From NCBI GenBank assembly GCA_951406725.2, contig OX597815.1, forward strand, positions 65,844,001 through 65,908,000: a stretch of 64,000 nt of DNA, read 5' to 3'. Made by a program: the position numbers and the translations under genes. The notes under the pieces are model-generated. The model saw only the letters and a program-made list of their open reading frames with translations, did no database searches and had not been told where the DNA came from. This stretch comes from Octopus vulgaris. Taxonomy: Eukaryota. Of the stretch, positions 39,208 through 53,005 are shown one piece after another. Within the stretch, counting starts at the first letter, position 1; every line of letters starts with the position of its first letter.

Positions 39208-40460
39208 AAGGACACATATGGCTGTAAAGATCAACTAATAAAGCCATAACTGAAGACAGCCGCAGAAAGAAGAAAGTCCTCTGTATGGCCTGGATCGACT
39301 ACCGAAAGGCTTTTGATAGTATTCTCCACGCGTGGATCCTCGAAACACTAACCTTTAACAAGGTGGTACCAATAATTATAAAATACATAAGACACTCTAT
39401 GAATAAATGGTAGACAGTGCTACAGCTCCAAACAAAAGAGGGACTCATGAAAACCAAAGACATCCCCATTAGAAGAGGAATATTCCAGGGAGACACGCTA
39501 TCTCCACTCCTTTTCTGTTTGGCACTGACATCTCTATCTGATATGCTAAATAGAACTAGATGCGGATACAAATGTTACGGCAAAACAATCAGCCACCTTT
39601 TATATATGGATGACCTAAAACTATACGCTACAAATGATAAACAGCTGGAAATACTACTACATACGGTACACGGATTTACCAAAGAAATAGATATGAAATT
39701 TGGATTAGAAAAATGCGCCAAAGCAACCCTGAAAAGAGGAAAACTAGTTAAGAGTAACAACATTACACCAGATAAAGTAAATGAAATAAGAGGATTAGAC
39801 CAAAGCCAGACTTGTAAATACTTAGGAAACAATAAATCATATAATTTTTGGCTGCCCAGTCCTGGCTAAGAAGGAATATATTCACAGACACGACAGAGTT
39901 GGGACCTATATACTGGAAGTTATGCCAACACTATAGAATAATAACAGAAAAAAAGATGGTATAGGCACACCCCAGAAAAGGCCACATAAAATGAGAAAGC
40001 AACAATACTCTGGGATATGTTAATACACACAGATAGAGAAATCAAGGATAATAAGCCGGATATAGTTGTCAGAGATCACCAAGAAAAATTGTTTTCTAAT
40101 CGATGTATCAATGCCAAAAGATGACATCGTTTCTCAAAAAGAAACGGAAAAACTTTCAAAATACAAAGTTCTGGAAGCAGAGGTAACCCGAATGTGAAGC
40201 CTAAAAACAGAAACACTTCCTAATGTTGTAGGCGCATGAGGTACAATAAAAAAAACCGTTCAGGCAAATACATAACAAAAACAACAGGACTTACAAGTAT
40301 ATACAACACACAAAAATAGCACTACGTGGCACCGCACACATCCTACACAGAGCACTTTCAATATAGTGAAAATAGGAGCACCACAACAAACCACAGCACA
40401 TATCCAAGGCACACAAAGCTACGCTCGGTAGTGCAGTGAAAGATAAGACTACTGAATAAA
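39208..40460 (+). mobile_element. Second R4/Dong-clade element, internally deleted, flanked by (TAA)n on both sides
   Basis: AWIDYRKAFDSILHAW, RRGIFQGDTLSPLLFCLAL, SHLLYMDDLKLYA, MKFGLEKCA, KYLG, then HDRVG-like, NKPDIVVRD, EK.SKY. Confidence 0.9.
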
Positions 40461-40567
<107 letters not shown>

Positions 40568-40581
40568 TGATGATGATGATA

Positions 40582-41135
40582 AATGCCCTGATGCAGTACC
40601 AGGCAGTGGCCCTCATGGCTTCTGATCTTAACTGATTGGAAGTGTTACGTACATTGTTTTGTCTTGGTAGAAAAGATGAACTACAGCAAATATTCTGCTC
40701 AATACCACAAATTTGCTTGTCAGTTGTTTGACCATAACCAGTTGAGCATGTTTTTGGTGGTTGACGATATGTGCATCTCTGATCACGAGCAGAAGTAGTG
40801 GGGGAGCATCATAGCCATGTGTTGAGAAGGATTCTTTGGGAGTTTGAATAGTTCACCTCTGGAAGCATGGGTGTTTCATTCAACATCCTTAAACAACCCT
40901 TATTCAGAGACCTTTTGAGCAGGATGGGTTACTCGACAAGAAGTAAATTCTAACTGGGCCCCACCTGCAAGGTCATGTGCTGTTTATCTTGATTTGAGGT
41001 CACCATGTTGCGCACATATGGTTATGATGCATGTGCCTAGTGTACCCTTATCCGACGGGTAGTCATGATAGGTATACTAGACTTCGTATATTTTACCCCA
41101 GTGCCACTTTGATGGCATGCACTGCTCTCTCACTC

Positions 41136-41222
<87 letters not shown>

Positions 41223-41232
41223 TATGATGATG

Positions 41233-41313
<81 letters not shown>

Positions 41314-41867
41314 GCCCTGATGCAGTACCAGGCAGTGGCTCTCATGGCTTCTGATCTTAACTGATTGGAAGTGTTATCATGTACATTGTTTTGTCTTGGT
41401 ATAAAAGATGGGCTACAGCAAATATTCTGCTCAATACCACAGATTTGCTTGTCAGTTGTTTGACCTTAACCAGTTGAGCATGTCCCTTAGTGGCTGACGA
41501 TATGTGCATCTCTGATCACGAGCAGAAGTAGTAGGGGAGCATCATAGCCATGTGTTGAGAGGGATTCTTTGGGGTTTGAATAGTTCGCCTCTGGAAACAT
41601 GGGTGGTTCTTTCATCATCCTTAAACAACCCTTATTCAGAGACCGTTTGAGCGGGATGGGCTACTCAACCTGAAGAAAATTCTAACTGGGCCCCACCTGC
41701 AAGGTCATGTGCTGTTTATCTTGATATGAGATCACCATGTTGCGCACATATGGTTGTGATGCATGTGCCTGGTGTACCTTTATCAGACGGGTAGTCATGA
41801 TGGGTATATTGGGCTTCGTATATTTTACCCCAGTGTCACCTTGATGGCATGAACTGCTCTCTCACTC
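40582..41867 (+). mobile_element. Two copies (40582-41135, 41311-41867) of a non-coding ~555-bp (TAA)n-associated element
   Basis: Both start AATGCCCTGATGCAGTACCAGGCAGTGGC, end CTGCTCTCTCACTC and are bounded by (AAT)n. Truncated copies at 50218-50340 and 52717-52941. Confidence 0.85.
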
Positions 41868-41920
<53 letters not shown>

Positions 41921-42452
41921 TGATGATGATAATTCTGTCTACTACAGTCACAAGGCTAGAAATTTAGAGGGGACTAGTAGATTACTCTTTCCTAGTGCTC
42001 AATTTGTATTTATTTTATCGATCCCGAGAGGAAGAAAGGCAAAACCGATCTGGGCGGAATTTGAACTCAGAAAGTAATGAGCCAGAATAAATACCATCAA
42101 ACATCTTTTCCGCAGCTCTAAATTTTCTATCAGCTTGCTGCCTAAACGATTTGAAATATTCGCTCATCAAAATACTGGAAGAAATGCCGAAAAGCATTGT
42201 GCTCGACGTGCTAATGATTCTGCCTGATGGGTATCTGATACTGATGAGAGTATAAAAGACCTCAAAAGCCGTATGTTAGTCCGTAGAAGATGCGCTGGAA
42301 TGACTATGGAGCTTTACGCTTAATTCTTGCTTAAAGCGAGAATTTTCTCCCCCGCAATCATAGTGATGAAGGGCCATTTTACAGGTCAAATATTTCCGAA
42401 ACATTTGAACTGACTTAAATGTTTATTTCTTAACATCGCTTCGAGTGAAACC

Positions 42453-42526
<74 letters not shown>

Positions 42527-43039
42527 ACAAACACACACACACATGCACACACATACATACATACATACATACATACATACATACATACATACAAGGGAGC
42601 ACTCCATCGGTTACGACGACGATGGTCCCAGCTGATACGATCAACGGAACAGCCTGCTCATGAAATTAACGTGCAAGTGACTGAGCAATCCACAGACACG
42701 CGTACCCCTAACGTAGTTCTCAGGGAGATTCAGCGTGACACGAAATGTGACATGGCCGGCCCTCTGAAATACAGGTACAACTCATTTTTGCCAGCTGAGT
42801 GGACTTACATACATACATGCATTCATGCCCGCATCCCACAAGCATACTGGCACGAGGGATAAAAGTGATTACGAGTCGAATTATCGATTTCATCCGAACT
42901 TTGAGCTCAATAAATTTCGAAATTCTATCAGCTCTGATTTAGTCTCTCACTATTTTTATATGCTGCTGTGTTTTCGTTTCTATTAAAAGGACAAAATATA
43001 TTTCGAGGCAAACGATAGAGTTAAAGTATTATATATTTT

Positions 43040-44440
43040 AATATACGAGGTAGCATTGTCAAAAGTTCAAATCATTGAACAAAAATGTAATGTGTTCATT
43101 AGAAAGCGGCTAGGCCTAACTCGGATGTTGAACAGTTCAGCACTCTTTCGTAAAAGAGGCTCGTTGCAGTTGCCACTAGCGTCAATGGGGAAGGTACGAA
43201 CAGTGATGATGCTGAGAGAGTCGAAGGACATGGAAATTAGGTGTAATCCACCAGAGATGAAAACAGCCAGGAAGTGGAAAGCAGAAGCAGAGAGTGATGA
43301 CATCTTGTCTTCTCTTACACTCCGAGATATCGTGGGTGCAACGCAAAATCATCGGAATGGACTTGGTTTTGCTGTAGATCAGTTCAGACCGTTTGCAAGT
43401 ATGATGCAGAGCGAACGCAGATCTGTTGTTAGCAACAGCATCAAAGCGAGGGAAGCAGAGAGAAGAGAGCTTCATTTGATCCAATGTATTCAACAAGGAC
43501 AGATGACGAGATAGGAAAAACATGTTGTTGGGGGAAAATAAGTTGAGATAAGATGTGGAGGTTGACCACATCTCGGTTAAGTTTTCTGATTCGTTCATCC
43601 TATGATGTTTTGCCATCACCTGCAAATCTAGTAAGATGGAACATCTATGTGAGTGATATATGCAAATGCAGAAAGGTCGGAACACTGAAACATATTCTTT
43701 ACCATTGTTCACTAGCATTGAACGGGTATACATGGAGACACAACCTGGTCCTTAAGGTTATCTGCAATACTATAAAGAACCAAATTGATTTAAACAACAG
43801 TGAAAAAAAAACTGTTGAAAGTACCAACTAGAGATTTCATTACCTTCGTGCGCTCAGGACAGCGGATCCGTTTCAAGAAGAACAACAAACTTCCTGTGAG
43901 CGATGAAAAGGGGAACGACTATTGGGAGGTGCTGGCTGATTTACCAGGGTGTCAAGGACTCTTTCCCATCCCAGTTACGAAAAACTCCAACATTTTAATG
44001 TGGTGTGAAACAAAGAAATTTGTGAATCTTGGGCTCGAAAGATTGACCGTTATGTAAACCTCCTCGAGGAATGTGAAGATGCAGGCTGGAAAGCGGAGCA
44101 TTTTCCAATCGAAGTCGGATGTAGAGGGTTTGTTGGACACAGTGTGAGACGACTGTTGTTATCGTTAGGCCTAACTCATCGTAAAGTAAATACCACCATG
44201 ACTGATATCCAAACTACAGTGGAAAACGCTAGCCACTGGATTTGGTTAAAAGGAGACGATGAGCGATGGCTAGAAGAATATTGAGCCTTATTTGATAACC
44301 AGTTGATCTAGCAAGCGGGGCCGGATATCAGTAAGGTGGGGGCGGTGCACAGTGATGCCGTCGAGAGGTAGGCCCCGAAACGGCGCACATTCTCTCCTAA
44401 TTATCCCATACACTAGCTGGATTCCGGTATGCGGAGTTCC
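43040..44440 (+). mobile_element. HERO-type non-LTR retrotransposon fragment (restriction-like endonuclease end)
   Basis: LQLPL..GKVR.VMML..SKD, DIVGATQ..R.GLG, QQGQ.TRW, SFLIRSSYDVLPSPANLVRW, CKC...GTLKHIL.HC, YTWRHN.VL, AGWKAEHFPIEVGCRGF, ASHWIWLK. Confidence 0.8.
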
Positions 44441-44568
44441 AGACTGGTAGCACTTGCATGTGCAAGTTGTTTGCAAAACATCTATATATGAATATGTATG
44501 CATACACATACACGCGCGCACAACACACACATATAAACATATATACATACACACACACACACACACAT

Positions 44569-44630
<62 letters not shown>

Positions 44631-44744
44631 ATGTGTATATGTGTGTCTATGTATATGTGTGTGTATATGTATGTATGTATATATATATATATATATATAT
44701 ATTATGGGCTTCCCCCTCATTATTGAGTATGGCCATTGCACGAA

Positions 44745-45218
44745 GCTTAACTGTTACTGGTGCTGTGATCGAATGTGTCTTTTTAGCCCAGCTAAAGATC
44801 TACAATGTCTTGTACAGAATTGGCAACTAAAACCTTTACGGGTAATAGCCGGCTGTAGTTGTAACTGGGCTTCATGTACCTTTGCATGTTGTTTAAGTCC
44901 TCCTGCCGAATTACACTCTCTTCCACATGCCCAATAGATATGATTAGTATGGTGTGTTACACCACCACCAGTGGCCAGGTTGTCACTCATCTGTCTCGCT
45001 TTATGACTACGAAGATGACTCTTGGGTCCAGCTTTACTGAGGTAGGGTCTTGCACAGACACTGCATGTCAGCATCATAAGAAGACCCTTCCCATCTGGAA
45101 GTGTAACAGCGATGCCCTTCCTGACATCCCGCCTTACTTTCTCATGTGCAACTCGAAATTTCTCAAAAGTGGCTGTCCCCTCGTGCATAATCCTTCTCCA
45201 CCTGCTACGATCAATAGC

Positions 45219-45220
<2 letters not shown>
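44745..45220 (-). mobile_element. RTE-like LINE C-terminal fragment with three C2H2 zinc fingers
   Basis: LAIDRSRWRRIMHEG..TFE..R..R..RK, then CSVC...SHLRSH, ACGREC...QHAKVH, CQFC...RHIRSQH, stop. Confidence 0.7.
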
Positions 45221-45283
<63 letters not shown>

Positions 45284-46502
45284 CCATCATGGTATTTATT
45301 TTTTAACAGGTGTGACTGGCGAGGAAGGGTTATTTTTATTGACTAGGTTGAATTCCTGATTGTTTTATACCATGTAATAAATCACCATCGGGCTTTTTAT
45401 TACTGGACATGAGTCACTGTATTTCAGTTGAAATGTGGTATCTTAAGTGTAATTGTGTAACGGACGGGCGAGGGAGAGATGCGATAGGAAGATGGTTTCC
45501 GTGTTTCGAGAGAAATATTTTCACCTTCCAAAGAATGTTTGATTCGCGTTTACATCTCTTTCCCCCCTCTCTCTCACTCTCCACTCTCTCTCCCCCTCTC
45601 TCTCATGTTCGCTAACATGTCAGCAGTTATCGATTATGTAATATATATTCATACACATGTGTATACATATACACATATACATGTGTCGAGTTCGTGTTTC
45701 GCAGAGATGGATACAAAGCAAGCAACAAACCCGGAAGCTTTTTTTCTGCGGGACTATTGCTTGTTGAATCTTTTGGATTATAGGTGTCAGGTAGGAGGGG
45801 TCTACGAGCTTAGTAGAGATCTTTCTGGTAAGAAAGCACAAGGACTTGTGTACCATTAAATATGCACTCCCTCGCATAGTGTACTCCCCATTCATTATAA
45901 TATATCTAATTTGCACTCCTCCAACCATTGTTATACGCACAATTAAACTCCCTATGCACTATTCTTCCACCCACAGTTACTAAACGTTTTATATACACTC
46001 CTCTCTTTAAATGTAATTTTGATCCAAATTATTGTTGTAAAGGTTGTATGTAGGAGTAGCCGTTATTCATTTCTGATTTATTTAAGACATGAAGCATACC
46101 GTAATTTTATTGATAAAAATATTTTGCTGTAAAAATAAACTGAAATTATACAATATGTCATAAAAGAATTTTGTTCAGCCACAGCATATGACAATGTTTA
46201 TTGTTATTGTTATACAATAATTGATAGTTGCTTTGTGCAACTAGGCTGCCTTCCTCAACTACACTGAAGTGGTTTCACAAAACTGCAACACAGTTCCCTT
46301 TCAGTGAAGTGTGCTTGTGCGTGCGCGCGTTTAACAACTAATGAAGGAAAAATATGTGCGTGGACATGGTTTTGCAAGATGAAATTAGTTTTTGTTTTAA
46401 ATTGGAGATGGTAATTCGCATAGAGGCACACATACTTGGCAAAGAAAGGCAAAATTTGCACACACGCAAATTTCCGTGCACACTCACAACAAAAAATTAA
46501 TG

Positions 46503-46880
46503 TAGCTTGCTTACCAACCACATGGTTCCGGGTTCAGTCCCACTGCGTGGCACCTTGGGCAAGTGTCTTCTACTATAGCCTCGGGCCAACCAAAGCCTTG
46601 TGAGTGGATTTGGTAGACGGAAACTGAAAGAAGCCCGTCGTATATATGTATATATATATGTGTGTGTGTGCATATGTTTGTGTGTCTGTGTTTGCACCCC
46701 AACATCGCTTGACAACCGATGCTGGTGTGTTTCCGCCCCCGTAACTTAGCGGTTCGGCAAAAGAAACCGATAGAATAAGTGATAGGCTTACAAAGAATAA
46801 GTCCTGAGGTCGATTTGCTCGACTAAAGGCGGTGCTCCAGCATGGCTGCAGTTAAACGACTGAAACAAGTAAAAGAGTAA
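46503..46880 (+). mobile_element. Near full-length tRNA-derived SINE with internal microsatellite (octopus-type)
   Basis: GGTTCCGGGTTCAGTCCC B-box-like, CACCTTGGGCAAGTGTCTT core, (TA/TG)n, 3' ...GGCGGTGCTCCAGCATGGC...GAAACAAGTAAAAGAG. Other pieces at about 5375-5450, 32030-32330, 33780-33900, 52120-52600, 58770-58905. Confidence 0.85.
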
Positions 46881-47161
46881 GATTGGACGACAACAACACT
46901 TTATCTCAAAATCTCCTGTGGTTATGATTCTTAAATGCTTACTCTAGTACTCTATTAATTTAAAGTACTCCTGAATGTTCACTCTAGTATTTACTTAACT
47001 CCTGAATATTCTGCATAGTCTGGACTACTCTCACTTTGTGATTGTCATCAACCTGACATGTCACTAGTTCGTTCTGTTTTCCATGCTAAAGCATCCACAA
47101 CCATTAACAGCTGTTTGGGGAGCAATTAACTTCCCATTAAGACTGAAAACCCTTCATGTTA

Positions 47162-47370
47162 AGACGGCGAGCTGGTAGAATCGTTAATACGCCGGGAAAA
47201 ATGCCTAGCGGCATTTCGCCCGTCTGGGTTCAAATTCCGCCTAGGTCGACTCTGCCTTTCATCCTTTCTAAGTCAATAAAATAAGCACCAGTTGAACACT
47301 GGGGTCGATTCAATCGATTTAGCCCCTCCTCCAAATCTGCCGACCTTGCGCTAAAATTTGAAACCAATAT
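47162..47370 (+). mobile_element. Meta-domain-like tRNA-derived SINE
   Basis: GGCGAGCTGGTAGAATCGTTA...GGGTTCAAATTCCGCC..GGTCGACT.TGCCTTTCATCCTTTC...CCAGTTGA.CACTGGGGTCGAT. Other copies at about 21555-21650, 41935-42225, 55670-55810. Confidence 0.8.
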
Positions 47371-48921
47371 TTCAAATTTGTTTTTTTTGCTATTCGATTT
47401 CATTGTTTCAAATATTCATTTGCGCCAGAATGGTCGGTGTTGGTCATGTTTTTGTTTCGTTTCAATATGTTCAAACAAAGTGTCGAACACCTGTTTAACA
47501 AATCACCGGTCCTGATAAGTTATTCCGATAACAAAACATAATTGTTTTGTGAAAACATAAACATTTTATTAAAACATAAACGTTTTGTTATAAGATAATA
47601 CAAAAACTTCAGCTACAGCAGAAGCACCTTTTCAGTTTCATTGATTACATTTCTGAACATTTCGAAAAACAATTGTTGTACTTGAAGCCCTGATTTGATA
47701 GCAATGAGAATAAGTTTATAACAATCTCTTTCACGACAATATTTGCAACAGAAGAGCATTGAGTGCGGTTTTAGTGCTTCATTGAGTGCAACTCAATGTT
47801 AGAACACTCGCAGAACAGCTATTCATATTTGTGGAATTTTTAGTATGGAAGAATGAATGTCTGGGGGTTAACTTTTTTATCACAAAACAGCTAGCATAAA
47901 GAAACCATCAACAATCGCCAATAAAACCATTTTCTAATGAATGTGACTACAACACAGGTATGTGGAGATCTGTTGTGAGATTTAGAATTTTGGGCTTTGG
48001 CTGTGCGTGGAATGGAAAACGATGTGAGTAAGAACGTTTTCGAATACCCGTTTAGGTGTCTCGAACGATTTGAGATTAACCATATCTACATAATACGTCT
48101 ACATAGCTCTGTGTATTGCATAGATACAGGTCTAAGTATGATGAACACACAAGGTCTATGTAACACGCAGACACAATTCTATGCATCACTCAAGTTTTTC
48201 TAGTAAAAGAAAAAAATTAAAAAGCTGACTTTGATACGTTATTTTCCTTACTCTTCCTACTCCCGATAAAATAAACAATCAGATATTTGTATATTTATTT
48301 TTGCCTTGTTGCTGTAGTTGTCTTTGTTTGTTTTTTTCTTTTTGTTATTAATGTTACGATTCATCTGTTGTACAGTTTAGTTACATAACACTATTCGCTT
48401 CTTTCCTACTGTTTATCAATGTCTGCACCTAACTGCAAGGGAGATAGTTTTTCATTGTTTTTTTTTTATCTTCTTATTGTTACGTTCGCGTTCATACACG
48501 AAAATATCATTTGATATTCTGAAGGAGTATAAAATATGAGAAAAGATTAATGACAAATTTCTAGATAATATAAATCAGAACAATATATTGCTAATATAGT
48601 ATATATGAATTAATGTGTGCGCGCACGCATGTGTGTGTGTGTGTGATATGATAATATTTGAATACATACATATAATAAATACATGGAGAAGCATTGTAAA
48701 TTCTTTCCTTAGCGTCAAAGACTTGGTAAATATGTAGCTTTAACATCCAAGGAATTGATAAATAGATGCACAAATTTACATATCTCAGAGATTGTGATAA
48801 GACAAGTGGGTTTAGAATTGCAAATGGTTAATGCAGTTCCATATTTAAGAGATGAGGAATTATGTCCATTATTTACATTATTTACATTTGACGGATATTT
48901 GTCCTCATCTTGTTTGTTGTT

Positions 48922-48967
48922 GACACAACGTTTCGGCTGATATGCCCTCCAGCCTTCAACAGGTGTC
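48922..48967 (-). ncRNA. Minimal hammerhead with A6U core variant, in a short element next to (TTA)n
   Basis: Minus strand GACAC CTGTTGA A GGCTGG AGGGCATA TCAGCC GAAAC GTT GTGTC. Confidence 0.6.
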
Positions 48968-49040
48968 TTGGGGAAATTTCAAACCTGGGTTCTCATTCCT
49001 AAGGTATTTTTCGATGTTATTATTAGTATTGTTATTATTA

Positions 49041-49155
<115 letters not shown>

Positions 49156-49714
49156 CATTATTATTATTATCCATCAAATGTAAATAATGCAAATAATGTG
49201 CAAATGGCTAATCTTCACCTTATTTCAAAAGACCGCAATATCTTTTACTATTTTAAAGAGATCGGTTCCAGTGCTAGTTGTAGCAACTTGTGTTTCATTC
49301 GACATAAAGACGTTCAAAAAATATCGGAAAATGTTTGCTTAATAAAAAAAAAGTAGAGAGGTTTGTATCATCATCATTAACGTGATTATCATGGTCATGA
49401 TGATGATGATGATGATGATGATCATCATCATCATCATCATCATTCTCATCATCAACGTCGTCGTTGTCGTTGTCGTTCTCCTTCTCACCATCATCATCAT
49501 CATTTTGTCGATATCGTGATTGTCATCTCGTTGGCATCATCGTTGTCATCATCATTATTATCATCATAGTCAACATTATCATCGTCGTCGTCATCATCAT
49601 CAGCATCATCGTTATCCTCATTATCGCCTATACCACCACCACCACCACTTAGACCATCATCATCATCCACAGCAACAACAACAACAGCAATAACAACAGC
49701 AGCAACAACAGCAG

Positions 49715-50078
49715 TGGAGGCACAATGGCCCAGTGGTTAGGGCAGCGGACTCGCGGTCGGAGGATCGCGGTTTCGATTCCCAGACCGGGCGCTGTGCGTG
49801 TTTATTGAGCGAAAACACCTAAAGCTCCACGAGGCTCGGCAGGGAGGGGGGCACCCATGTTTTACTCTTTCGCCCCAACTTTCTCCCACTCTTTCTTCCT
49901 GTTTCTTGTCCCCGACTTCCTACGCAACCGCTGAGCCTGGATGCGCATTCAGCCATCCGTCGATGCTCTCGGTGTCGGGGGTTGACCTGCATCCTCTTCT
50001 GCGGGACTTACAAATAGCAAAGGACCACGTTTCGGACTACTCCCATCTTGCGAGCTCTGGGGCGAAGACCGTTCGCTC
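49715..50078 (+). mobile_element. tRNA-derived SINE inserted in (CAA/CAG)n
   Basis: GGAGGCACAATGGCCCAGTGGTTAGGGCAGCGGACTCGCGGTCGGAGGATCGCGGTTTCGATTCCC (A and B boxes). Related head at about 54735-54850. Confidence 0.8.
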
Positions 50079-50379
50079 AACAGCAACAGCAACAGCAGCA
50101 ACAACAACATCTCTACGCTTACTTTCTATGTTGATACGGGTTGGACGGTTCGACCGGATCCAAAAGGTCATAAGACCACGTCTCGCTCCAACGTCTTGGC
50201 TTTGGCATAGTTTCTCTTGCGCACATATGATTGTGATGTATGTGCCAAGTGTACCCTTATCAGACGGTAGTCATGATGGGTATACTGGGCTTCGTATATT
50301 TTACCCCAGTGTCACTTTGAAGGTATGCACTGCCCTCTCAAAAATAATAATAATAACGATGATGATGATGATGATAATG

Positions 50380-50461
<82 letters not shown>

Positions 50462-50849
50462 TAGCAATTATGTTTTCTTTATTAACCACCAAGGGTGCGC
50501 AAAAACACTGGGGATGCTACAGGATAATAGAATGTAGGGTTACATAAAAGGCGTGTAGAAAGTATAAAACAATAATAAACTAAAATTGTAATAATGAATA
50601 ATTCTCCAAGAGAGGGAGACTTCCTAGGGTTGCTCGTGATGACCCCACAAAACCACAGTCACCCTGACCACTAGGGTAAGTGCCCTCTCCACATCATCCG
50701 CCTTCAACCTACAGGCTCATGTTTAGAGCCAGTTCATTCACTCGGGCCATTCTTGCAATCCACCTTTTAACTAAATTGCTGAGAGGCAGCACTTCCCCCT
50801 CTACCGTCACTTTCCTTTTTCAAGGAATAATAATAATAATAATAATAAT

Positions 50850-51285
50850 CCTTTCTACTATAGGCACAAGGTCTGAAATATGGGAGAGGGGACTAGTTGA
50901 TTACACGACCCCAGTGTGTTTCACTGATACTTAATTTATCGACTCCGAAAGGATGAAAGGCAAATTCGACGTCGGCGGAATTTGAACTCGGAACGTAGCG
51001 ACGGACGAAATACTGCAAAGCATTTTGACCAGCGTGCTAACGATTCTGCTCGCCGCCTTAATAATAATGATAATAATAATTTTAGCACAAGTCCAACAAC
51101 TTCGGGGGTTGTGGTAAGTCGATTATATCGACCTCAGTGTTCCACTGGTACTTATTTTATTGACCCCAAAAGGATGAAAGGCAAAGTCGGCCTCGGCGGA
51201 ATTAGAATTCCGAACGTAAAGCCAGAAGAAATGCCGTTAAGTATTTTGCCCGGCGTGCTAATGATTTTGCCTTTTCGCCAACCAT
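50850..51285 (-). mobile_element. Two tandem Meta-domain-like SINEs
   Basis: GAAAGGATGAAAGGCAAA.TCG at about 50948 and 51168, each followed by GGCGGAATT.GAA. Confidence 0.75.
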
Positions 51286-52193
51286 AATCTCATTATTATT
51301 AAAAATAAACTGTTAATGAAATGTTTTGCTAACATTCATAGCACCGAATTTTGTCTGCTCTCTCTCACACTTTTATGGTGGTGGTGGTGGGGGGTGGCAA
51401 TAGCGGCGGTGATGGCAGTAGTAGCGGCAGCGGCGGCGACGTGTCGGTGGTGATGGTGGTGGTGGTGTTGGTGCGGGGGGGGGGAGTTTGGTGGTGGTGA
51501 ACAAGCATTCATCACCATCATCACTATGTAACCATTACCATTGTCACGACCACCATCATCACCAGGAGACCATAACGGTGGTGGTGGATGCTGGTGGAGG
51601 ATGACGCGGGAAATGTGTCATCTGCCAGCAGCTGGCAATCAATAACAGGCAAGTAAAAATGATGAGCTCATGTATTTGGGGGCAGGTCAACGTCCTCTTT
51701 ATATGGCAGACGCCTGACTGATAACGAGACGTTGTTAGGTAACCCGTGGCTTGCACACAAAGCATTCGACCTGCATCTGTACGCACACTTACACGCGCGC
51801 GCGCACAGATATAGAGACAGAGAGATATATGTATAATCATATATATTTATATATACCATACACACTCTTACAATTATACATGTGCCTAAAACTCATAGAC
51901 TCAGGCACAATTCTGCATTCATACACTTATATATATGTAAACATCTGTGAACATTCACCCATGCACATATCGACATATGTGTGTATGTGCGATAGAGGGA
52001 GAGAAAGAGAGAGAGAGATTTGTGTTTGTGAGCGTGTGTGTGTATGTATGCGTGTGTGCGTGTTTATATATATATTTATGTATGTTTGTATGTAAGTAAG
52101 TATAGGCAGATACACGCACAATGTCGACCAATGCCTTGTGAATGGATTTGGAAGACGAAAACTGGGAGGAGCCCGTCGTAGATAGTTGGATAT

Positions 52194-52240
<47 letters not shown>

Positions 52241-52274
52241 CATACATACATACATACATACATACATACATACA

Positions 52275-52305
<31 letters not shown>

Positions 52306-52604
52306 GTACGTACGTACATACTTTAATACATACATATACGTATGCACATACGCACACATATATGTATGTAACAACGTATGGATTGATGGGTTGGGTTGAT
52401 GGACGGATGGATAGATTATTGCATATGCATCTGTGTGTGTGTGCGCGCGCGCGTGTGTGTGTGTGTTTGTTCCCATCATCACTTGACAACCGATAGTTGG
52501 TTTGCTTACGCCCCATAGCTTAGTGCCAGACTTATAACTAATAAGTGCTGGGGTCGATTTCAACTAAATACTTCAATGTAGTGTATCAATATGGTTGCAG
52601 TTTC

Positions 52605-52717
<113 letters not shown>

Positions 52718-52941
52718 CTTTTGAGCGGGATGGGCTACTCAACCTGAAGAAATTTCTAACTGGGCCCCACCTGCAAGGTCATGTGCTGTTTATCTTGATA
52801 TGAGATCACCATGTCGCGCACATATGGTTGTGATGCATGTACCTGGTGTACCCTTATCAGACGGGTGGTCATGATGGGTATATTGAGCTTCGTATATTTT
52901 ACCCCAGTGTCACTTTGATGGCATGAACTGCTCTCGCACTC

Positions 52942-53004
<63 letters not shown>

Positions 53005-53005
<1 letters not shown>

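Noticed and set aside
44340-44392. Hammerhead in the HERO 3' UTR (..CCCCGAAACGGC)
   Set aside because: Hairpin present but no CTGANGA core or NUH site.
49798-50547. 249-aa ORF
   Set aside because: Runs through a SINE, (CAG)n, a repeat fragment and (TAA)n; chance open frame.
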